64,000 nt of DNA from a candidate division Kazan bacterium GW2011_GWA1_50_15 (GTDB taxonomy: Bacteria > Patescibacteriota > Kazan-3B-28), in the NCBI GenBank assembly GCA_001029795.1, contig CP011216.1, forward strand, positions 6,903 to 70,902, read 5' to 3'. The notes below the pieces were generated by a model. The model searched no databases, was not told the DNA's origin, and saw only the letters and a list, made by a program, of their open reading frames with translations. Within the stretch, counting starts at the first letter, position 1. Each line of letters opens with the position of its first letter. Below, one piece after another: positions 24,975-35,254 of the stretch. The position numbers and the translations under genes are program-made.

Positions 24975-26552
24975 ATGATCAAACATCTGATCACTAGAAA
25001 ATCCACTGTGTTGGAGGCAACAGCTATCTTGGCGGTTGCCTCTTTAGTTAGCCGGATTTTTGGGGTTGTCCGCGATAGCGTGATCGCAGCACGCTACGCG
25101 GGAGATGTCTCGGATGCCTATCTGGCCGCTTTTACTATCCCAGACTTTATTTTTAATCTACTAATTCTCGGGGCATTGTCGTCGGCCTTTATCCCGATCT
25201 TTACCGAATATCTACAGAAGAACGGATCAGATAAAGACGAGGCGTGGGGGATTGTTAACTCAATCGTGAATTTAGGGGTAATGGTGTTGGCGATTATTTT
25301 ATTGATTGTCGCGGTGTTCGCTCCAACTCTTGTCCATCTAGTAGCGCCAGGGTTCGAGAACGAGAAAAAAGAGATGGTGGCCAGTTTGATGCGGATAATG
25401 CTTCTGTCGCCATTGTTCTTTGGAGTCAGTAACCTGGCTGGCGGGATCCTCAACTCATTTAAAAATTTCTTTACCTATGCCATCGCGCCGATTTTATATA
25501 ATCTCGGAATTATTGTCGGAGCGATCTATTTGGTTCCGCAGTTTGGGTACATTGGGCTAGCTTACGGAGTGGTGTTGGGAGCGTGCTTACATATGTTGGT
25601 GCAGCTGCCGGGAGTGTTCGCGTTCGGATATCGCTATCGATTACATATGGATCTGCGTCATCCGGCTATCCGGCGGATGGCGGTTTTGATGGTCCCGCGG
25701 ACTCTTGGGATCGGAATAACCCAGATCAGTACCATTGTGAATACGGTTATCGCCTCGTTTTTGGCTGGCGGGGCAGTGTCGGTATTTAAGTGGGCGGATA
25801 ACCTGCAAAGTTTGCCGATCGGAATATTCGGGGTATCGTTCGCGGTGGCGGTGTTCCCGACTTTGGCCGAGAAATATAGCTTGCAGAAACTCGACGAGTT
25901 CAAAGATGATGTAGTGCAAGTTCTCCGCCAGGTGATATTTTTTATCATCCCATCGATGATGCTGTATTGGGTGCTAAGAGCCCAGATCGTTCGGTTAGTA
26001 TTTGGATATGGGTTGTTCGGCTGGGACTATACTCGATTTACTATATCGGCGCTAGCCTTTTTTACCTTTGGGATGCTCGGCCAATCAGTGATCCACCTGT
26101 TGGCTCGGTCTTTTTATGCTCTACACGACACCAAAACCCCATTGCTGGTGAGCGCCGGGTCATTGGTTTTGAACGTGGCCCTGGCTTTGGTCTTGGTTCA
26201 GTATCTCGATGTGGTAGGGTTGGCTGCGGCTATCTCTATTTCAGCGACAGCTAACGCGGGATTACTTTTGGTGATACTTGGACGGCGGCTGGGCGGGATG
26301 CCGTGGCGCGAGCTGGCAGGGTATCTGGGCAAGATCGGGTCAGCTAGTTTAGCGATGGCAGGAGTGGGCTACTTGATGTTGCGAGTGATGAACCTGATCG
26401 TTACTACTCATACAGTCTTAGGGTTATTCGCCCAAACGGCGGTAGCCGCCAGTGTCGCGGGGTTGACCTATTTGGCAGTAGCTAGACTGCTCAAAATCCC
26501 CGAGGTGAGTCAGATACTTCAGCCATTTAGGCGACTATTCAAATTTAGATAA
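24975..26552 (+). CDS. murJ: Lipid II flippase MurJ/MviN
   Basis: N-terminus ...LVSRIFGVVRDSVIAARYGAG..DAY..AF.IP and multi-pass topology. Confidence 0.8.
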   Translation: MIKHLITRKSTVLEATAILAVASLVSRIFGVVRDSVIAARYAGDVSDAYLAAFTIPDFIFNLLILGALSSAFIPIFTEYLQKNGSDKDEAWGIVNSIVNLGVMVLAIILLIVAVFAPTLVHLVAPGFENEKKEMVASLMRIMLLSPLFFGVSNLAGGILNSFKNFFTYAIAPILYNLGIIVGAIYLVPQFGYIGLAYGVVLGACLHMLVQLPGVFAFGYRYRLHMDLRHPAIRRMAVLMVPRTLGIGITQISTIVNTVIASFLAGGAVSVFKWADNLQSLPIGIFGVSFAVAVFPTLAEKYSLQKLDEFKDDVVQVLRQVIFFIIPSMMLYWVLRAQIVRLVFGYGLFGWDYTRFTISALAFFTFGMLGQSVIHLLARSFYALHDTKTPLLVSAGSLVLNVALALVLVQYLDVVGLAAAISISATANAGLLLVILGRRLGGMPWRELAGYLGKIGSASLAMAGVGYLMLRVMNLIVTTHTVLGLFAQTAVAASVAGLTYLAVARLLKIPEVSQILQPFRRLFKFR

Positions 26553-26558
26553 AAAAAT

Positions 26559-26619
26559 CCCGCCAATTTGGGGCTAGTCATTGAGGTGTATCCTCGCAGA
26601 CCAACGCTAAATTGGCGGG
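26559..26619. repeat. Hairpin with 13-nt arms cccgccaatttgg / ctaaattggcggg, the same arms that bound both 16S expansion segments; likely also a bidirectional terminator
   Basis: Inverted repeat 26559-26571 and 26607-26619 around a 35-nt loop, between convergent genes. Arms match 41038-41050/41123-41135 and 40859-40871/40945-40957. Confidence 0.6.
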
Positions 26620-26634
26620 ACGGCGGCGACGAGG

Positions 26635-26973
26635 TTAGTAGTGGGTCATCTCCGTATCTTCCCCGTAAAATCCGGGAAAGATTTTTGCGAGCAACCCACT
26701 GGCAGCGAATATCGCGAACAAAATACAAATGTCCAGCGATACGCCATTTTTTGGATTATCTAACGGTCCCGGTAGCATGACGAGAAGCCATACTACCACC
26801 GGGAAGACAATCCCAAAAGTAATTAGCCACATACCAATACGGCGTAAGCCGTAACGGAGTGGCGCCATCGGCTTGGTCAGCCAACTGGCGAGGATGGCGA
26901 GGACGCCAACGCTAGCCAGAATAGCGGCCCCCACGACGGGTCCGTTCCAAAAAATGTACCACATTGCCGACAT
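26635..26973 (-). CDS. Hypothetical small membrane protein
   Basis: Hydrophobic helices. The long ORF to 27291 has a non-coding-looking N-terminal extension, so it is trimmed to the internal Met. Confidence 0.35.
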   Translation of the reverse strand: MSAMWYIFWNGPVVGAAILASVGVLAILASWLTKPMAPLRYGLRRIGMWLITFGIVFPVVVWLLVMLPGPLDNPKNGVSLDICILFAIFAASGLLAKIFPGFYGEDTEMTHY

Positions 26974-27224
26974 TGCACCGGCCTCCTTCGCTAAATTTGG
27001 CGGCGAAAGGATAGGAAAGGATAGAACTTTTTCAAATGGCGTCCGGGGGCCTCCAACCCTAGCTTCTCGGTTCTCCTGGAGGAGAAAAGTGAGACCTAAG
27101 AGGGAAGCCCCGCGGATCATCTGGAATGTACTCTTTTCCGCCTGATTTGTCAAGAGGTTTCTTGCTCTGGGAGCGAAAAAGGGATAAGCTATGGATATCA
27201 GTTGGCCGACAGGAGGTGATAAGA

Positions 27225-27638
27225 ATGGCAGAGAAGTCGAAGCCAACACCTTGGTACTTTTTGTGTCCGGAGCAGGGTTGTCATGGTCCATTGGTTTATG
27301 CCGGAGAAGAGCATCACGATGATGAGGGTCTGTTAATCGTTCTGAGGTGCACAGAGTGCGGGCATGTGGTTAGACGGCGCCACACGCCATTGCTGGCGAT
27401 GATGGCTCCCTCGTCAGAGAAAAGACCTGGTCAAGACGAAGCAGTGGATCAAGCACTGACTCTGGGTGAGGAGATTAATTGTCCCGCGTGTAAAGCTGGG
27501 ATGCTGATTTCCGCCAAATCATTGCGCGATTGGCACGGACCGATCATCTGCGGTAGCTGCGGCTCTATCTACGAGCCAAAGGAGCGTGACGGCAAGATCG
27601 AACTGGAGGAGGCGTATGTCACCAGCTCTTGCGGCTAA
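27225..27638 (+). CDS. Zinc-ribbon protein (two CxxC...CxxC pairs), hypothetical
   Basis: Strong RBS aggaggtga before ATG 27225. CPEQGC...CTECGH and CPACK...CGSCGS. Confidence 0.5.
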   Translation: MAEKSKPTPWYFLCPEQGCHGPLVYAGEEHHDDEGLLIVLRCTECGHVVRRRHTPLLAMMAPSSEKRPGQDEAVDQALTLGEEINCPACKAGMLISAKSLRDWHGPIICGSCGSIYEPKERDGKIELEEAYVTSSCG

Positions 27639-27649
27639 GGACGCATAAT

Positions 27650-27690
27650 GAGGGCGACCTTTTTCGGCCGCCCTCTATTTTGTCTAGTAG
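27650..27690 (+). terminator. Rho-independent terminator (candidate)
   Basis: gagggcg...cgccctc hairpin followed by a T-rich tract. Confidence 0.4.
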
Positions 27691-27699
27691 AATAGATTT

Positions 27700-29508
27700 A
27701 TGGAGAAAATTAGAAACTTTTGTGTAATCGCGCATATTGATCATGGTAAGTCCACGCTGGCTGATCGGCTTTTGGAGTTGACCAACACCATCTCTTCTCG
27801 GGAGATGCGAGCGCAGTATTTAGATACGATGGATTTGGAACGGGAGCGGGGCATCACCATCAAATTGCAACCCGTGCGAATGACCCATAAAGGGTTTGAA
27901 TTAAATTTGATCGATACTCCCGGGCATGTGGATTTTTCCTATGAGGTCTCGCGGTCATTGGCGGCGGTGGAGGGGGCTCTACTGGTGGTGGACGCCAGCC
28001 AAGGTATCGAGGCCCAGACACTGGCCAATCTGCATTTGGCGAAAGAGCAAGGGCTGACGATTATCCCGGTCATTAACAAGATTGACTTGCCGGTGGCGGA
28101 TGTCCAGCGGGTGAGCGAGGAGATGAAGAAGATCTTGGAAGTGACGGATGCCGATATTCTAAAAGTATCGGCTAAGACCGGAGAAGGTGTGGAGAAAATT
28201 TTGGACGCCATCGTGGAACGGGTTCCAGCTCCAACCGGCAACATCAACGCACCTCTGCGGGCGTTGGTATTCGATTCTTATTTCGACGCATTCAAGGGCG
28301 TGGTGACTTATATCCGGGTGGTGGATGGCAGTGTGGGCGAGGGAAAGCAGGTGCGCATGATGGCATCTAACGCTACCGCAGAAACATTGGAAGTGGGTTT
28401 CTTTGCGCCTAAACTGACTAAACGCCCGGAGCTTGCGACGGGAGAGATTGGTTATTTGGCGACGGGGTTAAAGGATGTGCGGAGTGTGCGGGTGGGGGAT
28501 ACCGTAACGCTGGCGAAACCAGCGTTGAATGACAAATTAAAAATGACAAATGAAAAATTAAAAGAGGTGGAGGCATTGCCGGGGTATAAGCAGGTGATGC
28601 CGTTCGTTTATGCTGGCATCTTTACGGTGGACAATGCTGACTTCCCTGAACTGCGCGAGGCGTTAGATAAACTTCAGCTCAATGATTCCTCTCTGGCCTT
28701 CGAGCCGGAAAATTCGCCGGCGTTGGGGTTTGGGTTCCGCTGTGGATTTCTGGGCCTGTTGCATATGGACATTGTGCAGGAGCGGCTGGAACGAGAGTTT
28801 AATTTAAATTTGGTCACCACGACCCCCAGCGTGAGTTATGAGGTGGTGCTAACTAGCGGGCAGACCAAGATCATTCACAACCCAACGGAACTGCCGGCAG
28901 CTAATTTTTATAAAACCATTGCTGAACCGTGGATAAAGCTGGATCTGGTGATGCCGGTGCGGTATATGGGCGGGGTGATGCAGTTAGTGCAGGACTTGCA
29001 CGGAGTCCAGCAAAATGTGCAGTATCTGGATGCCGAACGCGTGCTGCTGACTTACGAGATCCCTTTGAGCAGTGTAGTTGTTAATTTCTATGACAAATTA
29101 AAGAGTGTGTCATCCGGCTACGCTTCGATGGCGTATGAGTTTATCGGGTTCAAGGTGGGAGAGTTAGTGAAAGTGGATATGTTGGTAAATGAGCGACCGG
29201 TAGATACGCTATCGGTAATCGTCCACAAAAAAGAAGCCCAAAAAATTGGTTGGGAAGTGGCAACTAAATTAAAAGATCTTATGCCGAAGCAAAATTTCAA
29301 AATTGTGATTCAAGCGGCGATTGGCGGGAAGGTGATCGCGCGGGAGGAGCTCTCGCCCTATCGCAAAGATGTCTTGGCGAAGTTGTACGGCGGAGATAGA
29401 ACGCGCAAAGATAAACTGTTGGCTAAGCAGGCCAAGGGTAAAAAGCGGATGAAGATGGTCGGACAAGTCGAATTACCCCAGTCGGTATTTAGAAATATTC
29501 TTTCCTAG
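27700..29508 (+). CDS. lepA: Elongation factor 4 (LepA)
   Basis: IRNFCVIAHIDHGKSTLADRLL G-domain and the LepA-specific C-terminal region. Confidence 0.9.
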   Translation: MEKIRNFCVIAHIDHGKSTLADRLLELTNTISSREMRAQYLDTMDLERERGITIKLQPVRMTHKGFELNLIDTPGHVDFSYEVSRSLAAVEGALLVVDASQGIEAQTLANLHLAKEQGLTIIPVINKIDLPVADVQRVSEEMKKILEVTDADILKVSAKTGEGVEKILDAIVERVPAPTGNINAPLRALVFDSYFDAFKGVVTYIRVVDGSVGEGKQVRMMASNATAETLEVGFFAPKLTKRPELATGEIGYLATGLKDVRSVRVGDTVTLAKPALNDKLKMTNEKLKEVEALPGYKQVMPFVYAGIFTVDNADFPELREALDKLQLNDSSLAFEPENSPALGFGFRCGFLGLLHMDIVQERLEREFNLNLVTTTPSVSYEVVLTSGQTKIIHNPTELPAANFYKTIAEPWIKLDLVMPVRYMGGVMQLVQDLHGVQQNVQYLDAERVLLTYEIPLSSVVVNFYDKLKSVSSGYASMAYEFIGFKVGELVKVDMLVNERPVDTLSVIVHKKEAQKIGWEVATKLKDLMPKQNFKIVIQAAIGGKVIAREELSPYRKDVLAKLYGGDRTRKDKLLAKQAKGKKRMKMVGQVELPQSVFRNILS

Positions 29509-29573
29509 AAACTTGCTCTGGGGGCAGGTTTGTGGTAGGGTAAAGGCATCTTATTAGCAGGAGGTGTACCTTA

Positions 29574-30053
29574 ATGTTGATCGCGGTCTCGATTGTGCTG
29601 GCAATTTTGGCTCTTGGCGCATGCATCGCAGGGTACGATTATTCGGAGAAGGGCGCAAAGGCCAGGATGGCTTTTGACGATGTTTTGTCAGACGATGCGG
29701 CTAAGTTCAGACATCAACTGTTCTGGTTCGTGTTCTGGGCGGCTGTACCAGCGCTGATGTCGCTCATAACTACGGGAGCGCTGCATAACGGCTGGCGAGC
29801 AATATTCGCCGTTGCTCCTTTGGTGGTGGGGGCAATATTCTGGCTGATGTCCGGTGAGGTGTTTCGGCTATGGCATTTGCTGGTCGGGGTTATTTCTGCT
29901 GTAGCCATGGTTTTCACCACCCTATCTTATCCTCTAGTCGTTGCGGGTATCTGGGGCGTGTACCTAATGATCGGATGTTTCTGGTTCCTCTCCGATATGA
30001 CGGCGGCGGCGTCAGCCAGCAAAGAGGTGCGCCGGTCGGTGCGAGAACCATGA
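29574..30053 (+). CDS. Hypothetical membrane protein (4 TM)
   Basis: Hydrophobic ORF, RBS aggaggtg upstream. Confidence 0.45.
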   Translation: MLIAVSIVLAILALGACIAGYDYSEKGAKARMAFDDVLSDDAAKFRHQLFWFVFWAAVPALMSLITTGALHNGWRAIFAVAPLVVGAIFWLMSGEVFRLWHLLVGVISAVAMVFTTLSYPLVVAGIWGVYLMIGCFWFLSDMTAAASASKEVRRSVREP

Positions 30054-30194
30054 ATGGATTTACATAGGGAGCTAAAGCCGGCTCCCTATTTTTAGCATCA
30101 TTAGCACTTACTTGACAGGACTGCTAACGGGGTGTAGAGTGGGCTGGCAGATAACTTTTGGGGGGTTGGTGGTTTTGTATTAAATACGACTGCG

Positions 30195-30878
30195 ATGACG
30201 AAGTTGAATGCCAGGCAAAAACAGGTCCTGAAGGGCGTAGTGGAGGAGTATGTCAAACATTCCGAGCCGGTCGGCTCTGCCCGCGTGGCGGAGATGTTAC
30301 CTTTTTCAGTTAGTTCGGCCACCATCCGGGGGGATATGGCCGAGTTAACCGATTCCGGTTATCTGGTCCAGCCGCATACTTCGGCGGGCCGTATCCCGAC
30401 CGAGGCCGGGTTCAAGGAGTACATTGAAACGATGATGAAAGAGCACAAAGAATTATCTCTGCGTCAGCAGGAGGTGCTGTCGGCGCACTTTAAGCGGTTG
30501 AAGAATCTGCAGGAGCGGTTCAAAGAAGCGGCGCGGATGCTGTCCGAACTGTCCGGCAGTGTGGGTCTCTTAATGGATGATGCTAACCAGGTGTATATGT
30601 CAGGTCTTAGTAAACTGCCGCAGTTGCCGGAGTTCCGCGATGAAGAGTTCGGCGCTGACTTTATGGAGATGTTAGAAAATCCGGCGGAGAGTTTTAGATC
30701 GATTATGAAGCAGACGACAGGTCAACCGCAGGTGGTGCTGGGCAAGGCGAGTATGGTGGTGACCAAGTTCGGGCCGGGCGGGCGGCAGGTTATCTCGGTC
30801 ATCGGACCGATGCGGATGCATTACGGTAAGACACTGCCGGCGGTGGAATACATTGCTAAATTGCTTAACAATAAATAA
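30195..30878 (+). CDS. hrcA: Heat-inducible transcription repressor HrcA (short form)
   Basis: N-terminal winged helix LNARQKQVLKGVVEEYVKHSEPVGSARVAE...SSATIRGDMAEL...GYLVQPHTSAGRIPTE matches HrcA. Position upstream of grpE-dnaK. Confidence 0.7.
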   Translation: MTKLNARQKQVLKGVVEEYVKHSEPVGSARVAEMLPFSVSSATIRGDMAELTDSGYLVQPHTSAGRIPTEAGFKEYIETMMKEHKELSLRQQEVLSAHFKRLKNLQERFKEAARMLSELSGSVGLLMDDANQVYMSGLSKLPQLPEFRDEEFGADFMEMLENPAESFRSIMKQTTGQPQVVLGKASMVVTKFGPGGRQVISVIGPMRMHYGKTLPAVEYIAKLLNNK

Positions 30879-30930
30879 TCTTTGTCATGCTGAACTTGTT
30901 TCAGCATCTATATCCTGAAATAAATTCAGG

Positions 30931-31401
30931 ATGACGGAATGGGAAGTAATGGATAAAAAGCACGATAAAAAATCAGAGTCAGCCAAAGAACAGCTCGTCG
31001 ACTGGGAGGATGTGGCGAAAAGGGCGATGGCCGATCTGGATAACTACCGCAAAGATGCCGAGAAGCGGCAGATGGAGATGGTCCAGTTCCTGAAGGCGAA
31101 TTCTTTGATTAAGTTTTTGGAGATTTACGATGATTTGAATCGGGCAGTTGAGTTTGTGACAGATGAAAAAGCTAAGCAAGGTTTATTGGAAGTCCAGAAG
31201 AAGTTTAAAGATTATCTGCATCAAGATGGGCTGGATGAAATTGAATTTAAGGCGGGAGATGAGTTTAATCCTATTCTTGCCGAAGCGGTGAGTTATGAAG
31301 AAAACGAAGTCGGCGAGGGGAAGGTGATTGAAACTTTGGAAGTTGGTTTGAAATATAACGATAGGGTAATAAAGCCAGCCAGAGTTCGCGTTGCGAAATA
31401 G
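30931..31401 (+). CDS. grpE: Nucleotide exchange factor GrpE
   Basis: DNYRKDAEKRQMEM and the C-terminal beta-domain pattern. Confidence 0.75.
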   Translation: MTEWEVMDKKHDKKSESAKEQLVDWEDVAKRAMADLDNYRKDAEKRQMEMVQFLKANSLIKFLEIYDDLNRAVEFVTDEKAKQGLLEVQKKFKDYLHQDGLDEIEFKAGDEFNPILAEAVSYEENEVGEGKVIETLEVGLKYNDRVIKPARVRVAK

Positions 31402-31443
31402 CTGGCAATCTAATCAACTTCTCCAATCTAACCAATCTAATCA

Positions 31444-31767
31444 ATGAATGGAAACCAAGTAAAAATTGTTGTTTTTGTACCAGAATCTCATGCTGATGCC
31501 GTACGCAAGGCGATGAATGATGCAGGGGCTGGGAGGGTTGGTAATTACACCAACTGCAGTTTCTCGTCCAAGGGTGTGGGAAGATTCTTACCACAGGCTG
31601 GCGCTAACCCCGCGATTGGCGAGGTCGGTAAGCTCGAAGCCGTCGAAGAAGAGCGCATAGAAATGGTTTGCCCCAGAGAGGTTCTAACAAATGTAATTTC
31701 CGCGATGAAAAAAGCCCATCCATACGAAGAAGTTGCCTACGATATTTATCCGTTAGAGATTGAATAA
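31444..31767 (+). CDS. Conserved small protein, PII/Nif3-insert-like fold (hypothetical)
   Basis: VKIVVFVPESHADAVRKAMNDAGAGRVGNY..CSFSSKG.G.F.P..GANP.IGEVG pattern. Family assignment is tentative. Confidence 0.3.
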   Translation: MNGNQVKIVVFVPESHADAVRKAMNDAGAGRVGNYTNCSFSSKGVGRFLPQAGANPAIGEVGKLEAVEEERIEMVCPREVLTNVISAMKKAHPYEEVAYDIYPLEIE

Positions 31768-31792
31768 TTAATTTTTGATGTGAGGGAAGAAA

Positions 31793-32287
31793 ATGAATGA
31801 TCAAGAATTGGGTGTAATTTTTTCCAATCTTGTAAAGTTGGAAAAAGAATCGTTTCAGAATCTCAAGATTAACCGCAGACTTGGCGTGTCTGCGGCCCTA
31901 TCGGCAGCCACCATCGTGGCGACTTTGGTTGCAGCTGTCGGTCTAAGTAGGGGAGATTTAAGTGGTCTGAGTTCAACTTTAATAGTTGTATCTTTGGTGG
32001 CCCTAGCAGGCACAATATTGTTTGCTCTTTATATATTAAATGGGTTTGCCATAACAGAGCAGACCATGGCTGATGGGGCCAGGGAAGAGATAAAAAGGAT
32101 ACAAGATGACCTCCCGGGGTTTAAAAAGAAAACACTTATCGATGCCAGAATTGAGATTGAAAACGCAATAAATCCGAGTATTGATAAACAGTCTCGTACG
32201 GGCAAGGGGGCTTTCCGATGGTTCGTTTTGTCTATTCTCGCGACCGTAGTGATGACAGTGGCAACCTGTATATCGCTAGTGATTTAA
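31793..32287 (+). CDS. Hypothetical membrane protein
   Basis: Two hydrophobic helices, ORF only. Confidence 0.35.
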   Translation: MNDQELGVIFSNLVKLEKESFQNLKINRRLGVSAALSAATIVATLVAAVGLSRGDLSGLSSTLIVVSLVALAGTILFALYILNGFAITEQTMADGAREEIKRIQDDLPGFKKKTLIDARIEIENAINPSIDKQSRTGKGAFRWFVLSILATVVMTVATCISLVI

Positions 32288-32313
32288 ATAAATTTTTTAA
32301 GAAAGGAAATACT

Positions 32314-34320
32314 ATGAATAAAATCATTGGAATCGATTTGGGGACAACGAACAGTGCCGCGGCTGTGATGCGCGGTGGGAAGCCGGAGATTATTCCCTCA
32401 TCTGAAGGGGGTAGAACGGTGCCGTCAGTGGTAGCACAGAATAAGACCGGTGAGATTTTGGTGGGGCAGGTGGCGAAGCGGCAGGCGGTGACGAATGCCG
32501 AGAATACGATCTATTCCGCCAAACGGTTTATCGGGCGGAGATTTTCTGACCAGTCGGTGCAGTCAGACATTAAACTAGTACCGTTCAAGGTGGCCGAGGG
32601 CAGTAACGGCGGAGTGGTGTTTGTGATGGGTGACCGTAACTGGCAGCCAGCCGAGATTTCGGCCAAGGTGTTGCAGAAGATCAAACGGGACGCCGAGGCG
32701 TTCTTGGGCGAGCCGGTCACCGAAGCAGTAATTACCGTGCCGGCCTACTTTGACGATTCCCAGCGCCAGGCCACTAAAGATGCTGGTAAGATCGCTGGGT
32801 TAGAGGTGAAGCGCATCATTAACGAACCAACAGCGGCCACGCTGGCTTATGGTTTGGCAAAAAGTCCGCCAGTTGGCGGAGAGAAAGTTGCCATCTATGA
32901 TTTGGGCGGCGGCACTTTCGACATCTCTATTTTAGAGATTGGCGATAGTGATGGAGAATCCGTGTTCGAAGTGAAAGCCACCAATGGTGATACGCACTTG
33001 GGCGGGGATGACTTTGACCAGAAAATTATCGATTGGATTATCGAAGGATTCAAGAAAGACCAAGGCGTGGATTTGAAAGAAGACAAATTGGCTATCCAAC
33101 GACTGAAGGAAGCGGGGGAGAAGGCCAAGATGGAGCTGTCCACCGCATCTGAAACGGAGATCAACATTCCATTTGTGACGGCGGACGCCTCTGGCCCAAA
33201 ACATCTGACAATGAAACTGACCCGGGCGCAATTGGAACAATTAGTGGCCGACTTGATCGGGCGGACGATCGAACCGATGAAGAAAGCTTTGCAAGATGCC
33301 GGTCTTTCGACGTCTGACATTAACGAAGTTATCTTGGTCGGCGGGATGACGCGCATGCCGGCGGTACAGGCATCAGTAAAAAACTTTTTTGACAAAGAAC
33401 CGAACCAGAGCGTTAACCCGGACGAGGCCGTGGCTTTAGGCGCGGCTATTCAAGCCGGCGTGCTGCAGGGTGATGTCAAAGATGTTCTGCTTCTGGATGT
33501 GACACCGTTGTCGTTGGGCCTGGAAACCTTGGGCGGGGTGGCGACCAAACTCATCACACGCAATACGACTATCCCGACGAGTAAATCACAGGTATTTTCC
33601 ACGGCGGCGGATAACCAGCCGAGCGTGGAGATCCATGTAGTGCAGGGTGAACGGGAGATGGCCGCGGATAATAAATCGCTGGGTCGCTTCGTATTGGACG
33701 GCATTGCCCCGGCCCCGCGTGGGATGCCCCAAGTAGAAGTCACTTTTGACATTGATGCCAACGGTATTCTAAATGTCAAAGCCACTGATAAAGGCACCGG
33801 CAAGGAACAGCACATCACTATTACCGGTTCTTCGGGTCTATCCAAAGACGAAGTGGAGCGGATGGCCAAAGAGGCCGAAGTCCACGCGGCGGAGGACCAG
33901 AAGAAGCGGGAGGCCATCGATGCCCGCAACCAGGCGGATAGCTTGGTCTACACCGCGGAGAAAGCCCTGAAGGATGCGGGGGATAAGGTGGATGCGGCCA
34001 CCAAAGGCCAGATCGAGGATCGAGTAAAAGCTCTTAAAGACGCATTGGAGAAAGATGATACAGAGGTCATTAAGAAAGCGACCGAAGAATTGTCGAGCGT
34101 AATTCAGAAGATCGGGCAGGCGATGTACGGAAACCAGAATCATGAATCAGGAAGTATGAATCATGAGGCAGAGCAGAAAGATGCCAAAGAAGCGGACTTT
34201 ACGCAAGAATCTAGTTCGGAAGAACCTTCATCCGACTCCGCTGAAGCTACGACGGACAAGTCCGACTCCGCTTCTGGCGAAGCTTCGACGGACAAGCAAC
34301 CCAACGACGAGGCACTTTAA
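32314..34320 (+). CDS. dnaK: Chaperone DnaK (Hsp70)
   Basis: [22 protein letters not shown], and a full Hsp70 signature set. Start set at [10 protein letters not shown] (the ORF is listed from 32218). Confidence 0.95.
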   Translation: MNKIIGIDLGTTNSAAAVMRGGKPEIIPSSEGGRTVPSVVAQNKTGEILVGQVAKRQAVTNAENTIYSAKRFIGRRFSDQSVQSDIKLVPFKVAEGSNGGVVFVMGDRNWQPAEISAKVLQKIKRDAEAFLGEPVTEAVITVPAYFDDSQRQATKDAGKIAGLEVKRIINEPTAATLAYGLAKSPPVGGEKVAIYDLGGGTFDISILEIGDSDGESVFEVKATNGDTHLGGDDFDQKIIDWIIEGFKKDQGVDLKEDKLAIQRLKEAGEKAKMELSTASETEINIPFVTADASGPKHLTMKLTRAQLEQLVADLIGRTIEPMKKALQDAGLSTSDINEVILVGGMTRMPAVQASVKNFFDKEPNQSVNPDEAVALGAAIQAGVLQGDVKDVLLLDVTPLSLGLETLGGVATKLITRNTTIPTSKSQVFSTAADNQPSVEIHVVQGEREMAADNKSLGRFVLDGIAPAPRGMPQVEVTFDIDANGILNVKATDKGTGKEQHITITGSSGLSKDEVERMAKEAEVHAAEDQKKREAIDARNQADSLVYTAEKALKDAGDKVDAATKGQIEDRVKALKDALEKDDTEVIKKATEELSSVIQKIGQAMYGNQNHESGSMNHEAEQKDAKEADFTQESSSEEPSSDSAEATTDKSDSASGEASTDKQPNDEAL

Positions 34321-34383
34321 TAACCAATTGGTCTAAAACGACCAAATAGAATGTGCTATGATTTAGGGGAATTTGGGGGACCT

Positions 34384-35103
34384 ATGGGGAGATCAAAAGC
34401 AATACTGTTATTGGTTGGCATCTTTACCACCATATCGTTGGTGGGGATTAGTTGTAGTCGCGGTCCCAAAGCGGACAATACTGCCGTAGACAACACCATT
34501 ACTAACACTGCGATTGATAATACGGCCATTAATAACACAGCGGTGATCAATCCAACTGATCAAACTACTACCACGGTATCCGGTTCTGGTCTGCCGGACC
34601 CATCCAGCATCAAGACTAGTTTGGCGGCTGAAACCACCAACGCCGAGAGTGCGGTGAAGACGCTGCAGCCAGATGCGATATTACAGTTGGTATCGATCAA
34701 GTTTATTAACTCTTTGTCAGATCAGACCGGACTAGCGACCAACTACTACATCTATGCCTCGGCCAGCAACCCCAACTTCTACTATCTGGTGAATATGCCC
34801 AGGAATGGTGAGCGGTTGAAGCGGTTCCTGATGCCGGTAGAGGATTTGGATCTACCGTTTGATCTATTGCCCATCCCAGCTAAGTATTGGAAGTTATCGT
34901 ACGCTGACGCGCTCAAAGCAGCGGAACAGCGTGGCGGAAGTGACTTTCGGGCCAAGCACAAAACTTTTGAAGTATCAGCTATCCTAGCTATCCCGGCTGG
35001 TCAGTACTTGAGTTGGTTCGTGACTTACAGGGCAACGGATGGGACGGGCGATGTGCTGAAAGCGTCGGTGGATGCAAATTCTGGCGCAGTCTCACTCATA
35101 TAA
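34384..35103 (+). CDS. Hypothetical secreted/lipoprotein with DNTA(V/I) tandem peptide repeats
   Basis: Signal peptide and lipobox-like LVGISC. Repeats TAVDNTITNTAIDNTAINNTAV. Confidence 0.4.
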   Translation: MGRSKAILLLVGIFTTISLVGISCSRGPKADNTAVDNTITNTAIDNTAINNTAVINPTDQTTTTVSGSGLPDPSSIKTSLAAETTNAESAVKTLQPDAILQLVSIKFINSLSDQTGLATNYYIYASASNPNFYYLVNMPRNGERLKRFLMPVEDLDLPFDLLPIPAKYWKLSYADALKAAEQRGGSDFRAKHKTFEVSAILAIPAGQYLSWFVTYRATDGTGDVLKASVDANSGAVSLI

Positions 35104-35254
35104 GGGGAGCACGAGGTGTGTTCTCCCCTCATCGGCGGTTGGCAAAAGCCACCCCTCGCCTTTAGCTCGGGCTAGCCGCCTGCTCCCCACTCCACCTTTG
35201 GAGAATAAATGAAGCTAGCAGACCAGCTGATTCCATCGCTTGCGATTAAACAAT

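Noticed and set aside
26975-27291. Full 218-aa version of the minus-strand membrane ORF
   Set aside because: The N-terminal 106 aa look non-coding (Pro/Ser-rich, low complexity) and overlap the promoter/RBS region of the divergent zinc-ribbon gene.
32895-33929. Antisense ORFs (166 and 159 aa) inside dnaK
   Set aside because: They lie within a high-confidence Hsp70 gene.
34440-34560. Tandem DNTA(I/V) nucleotide repeats, considered as a possible CRISPR or VNTR
   Set aside because: The periodicity is in-frame peptide repeats inside a signal-peptide-bearing ORF. There are no spacer/repeat units of CRISPR length and no cas genes.
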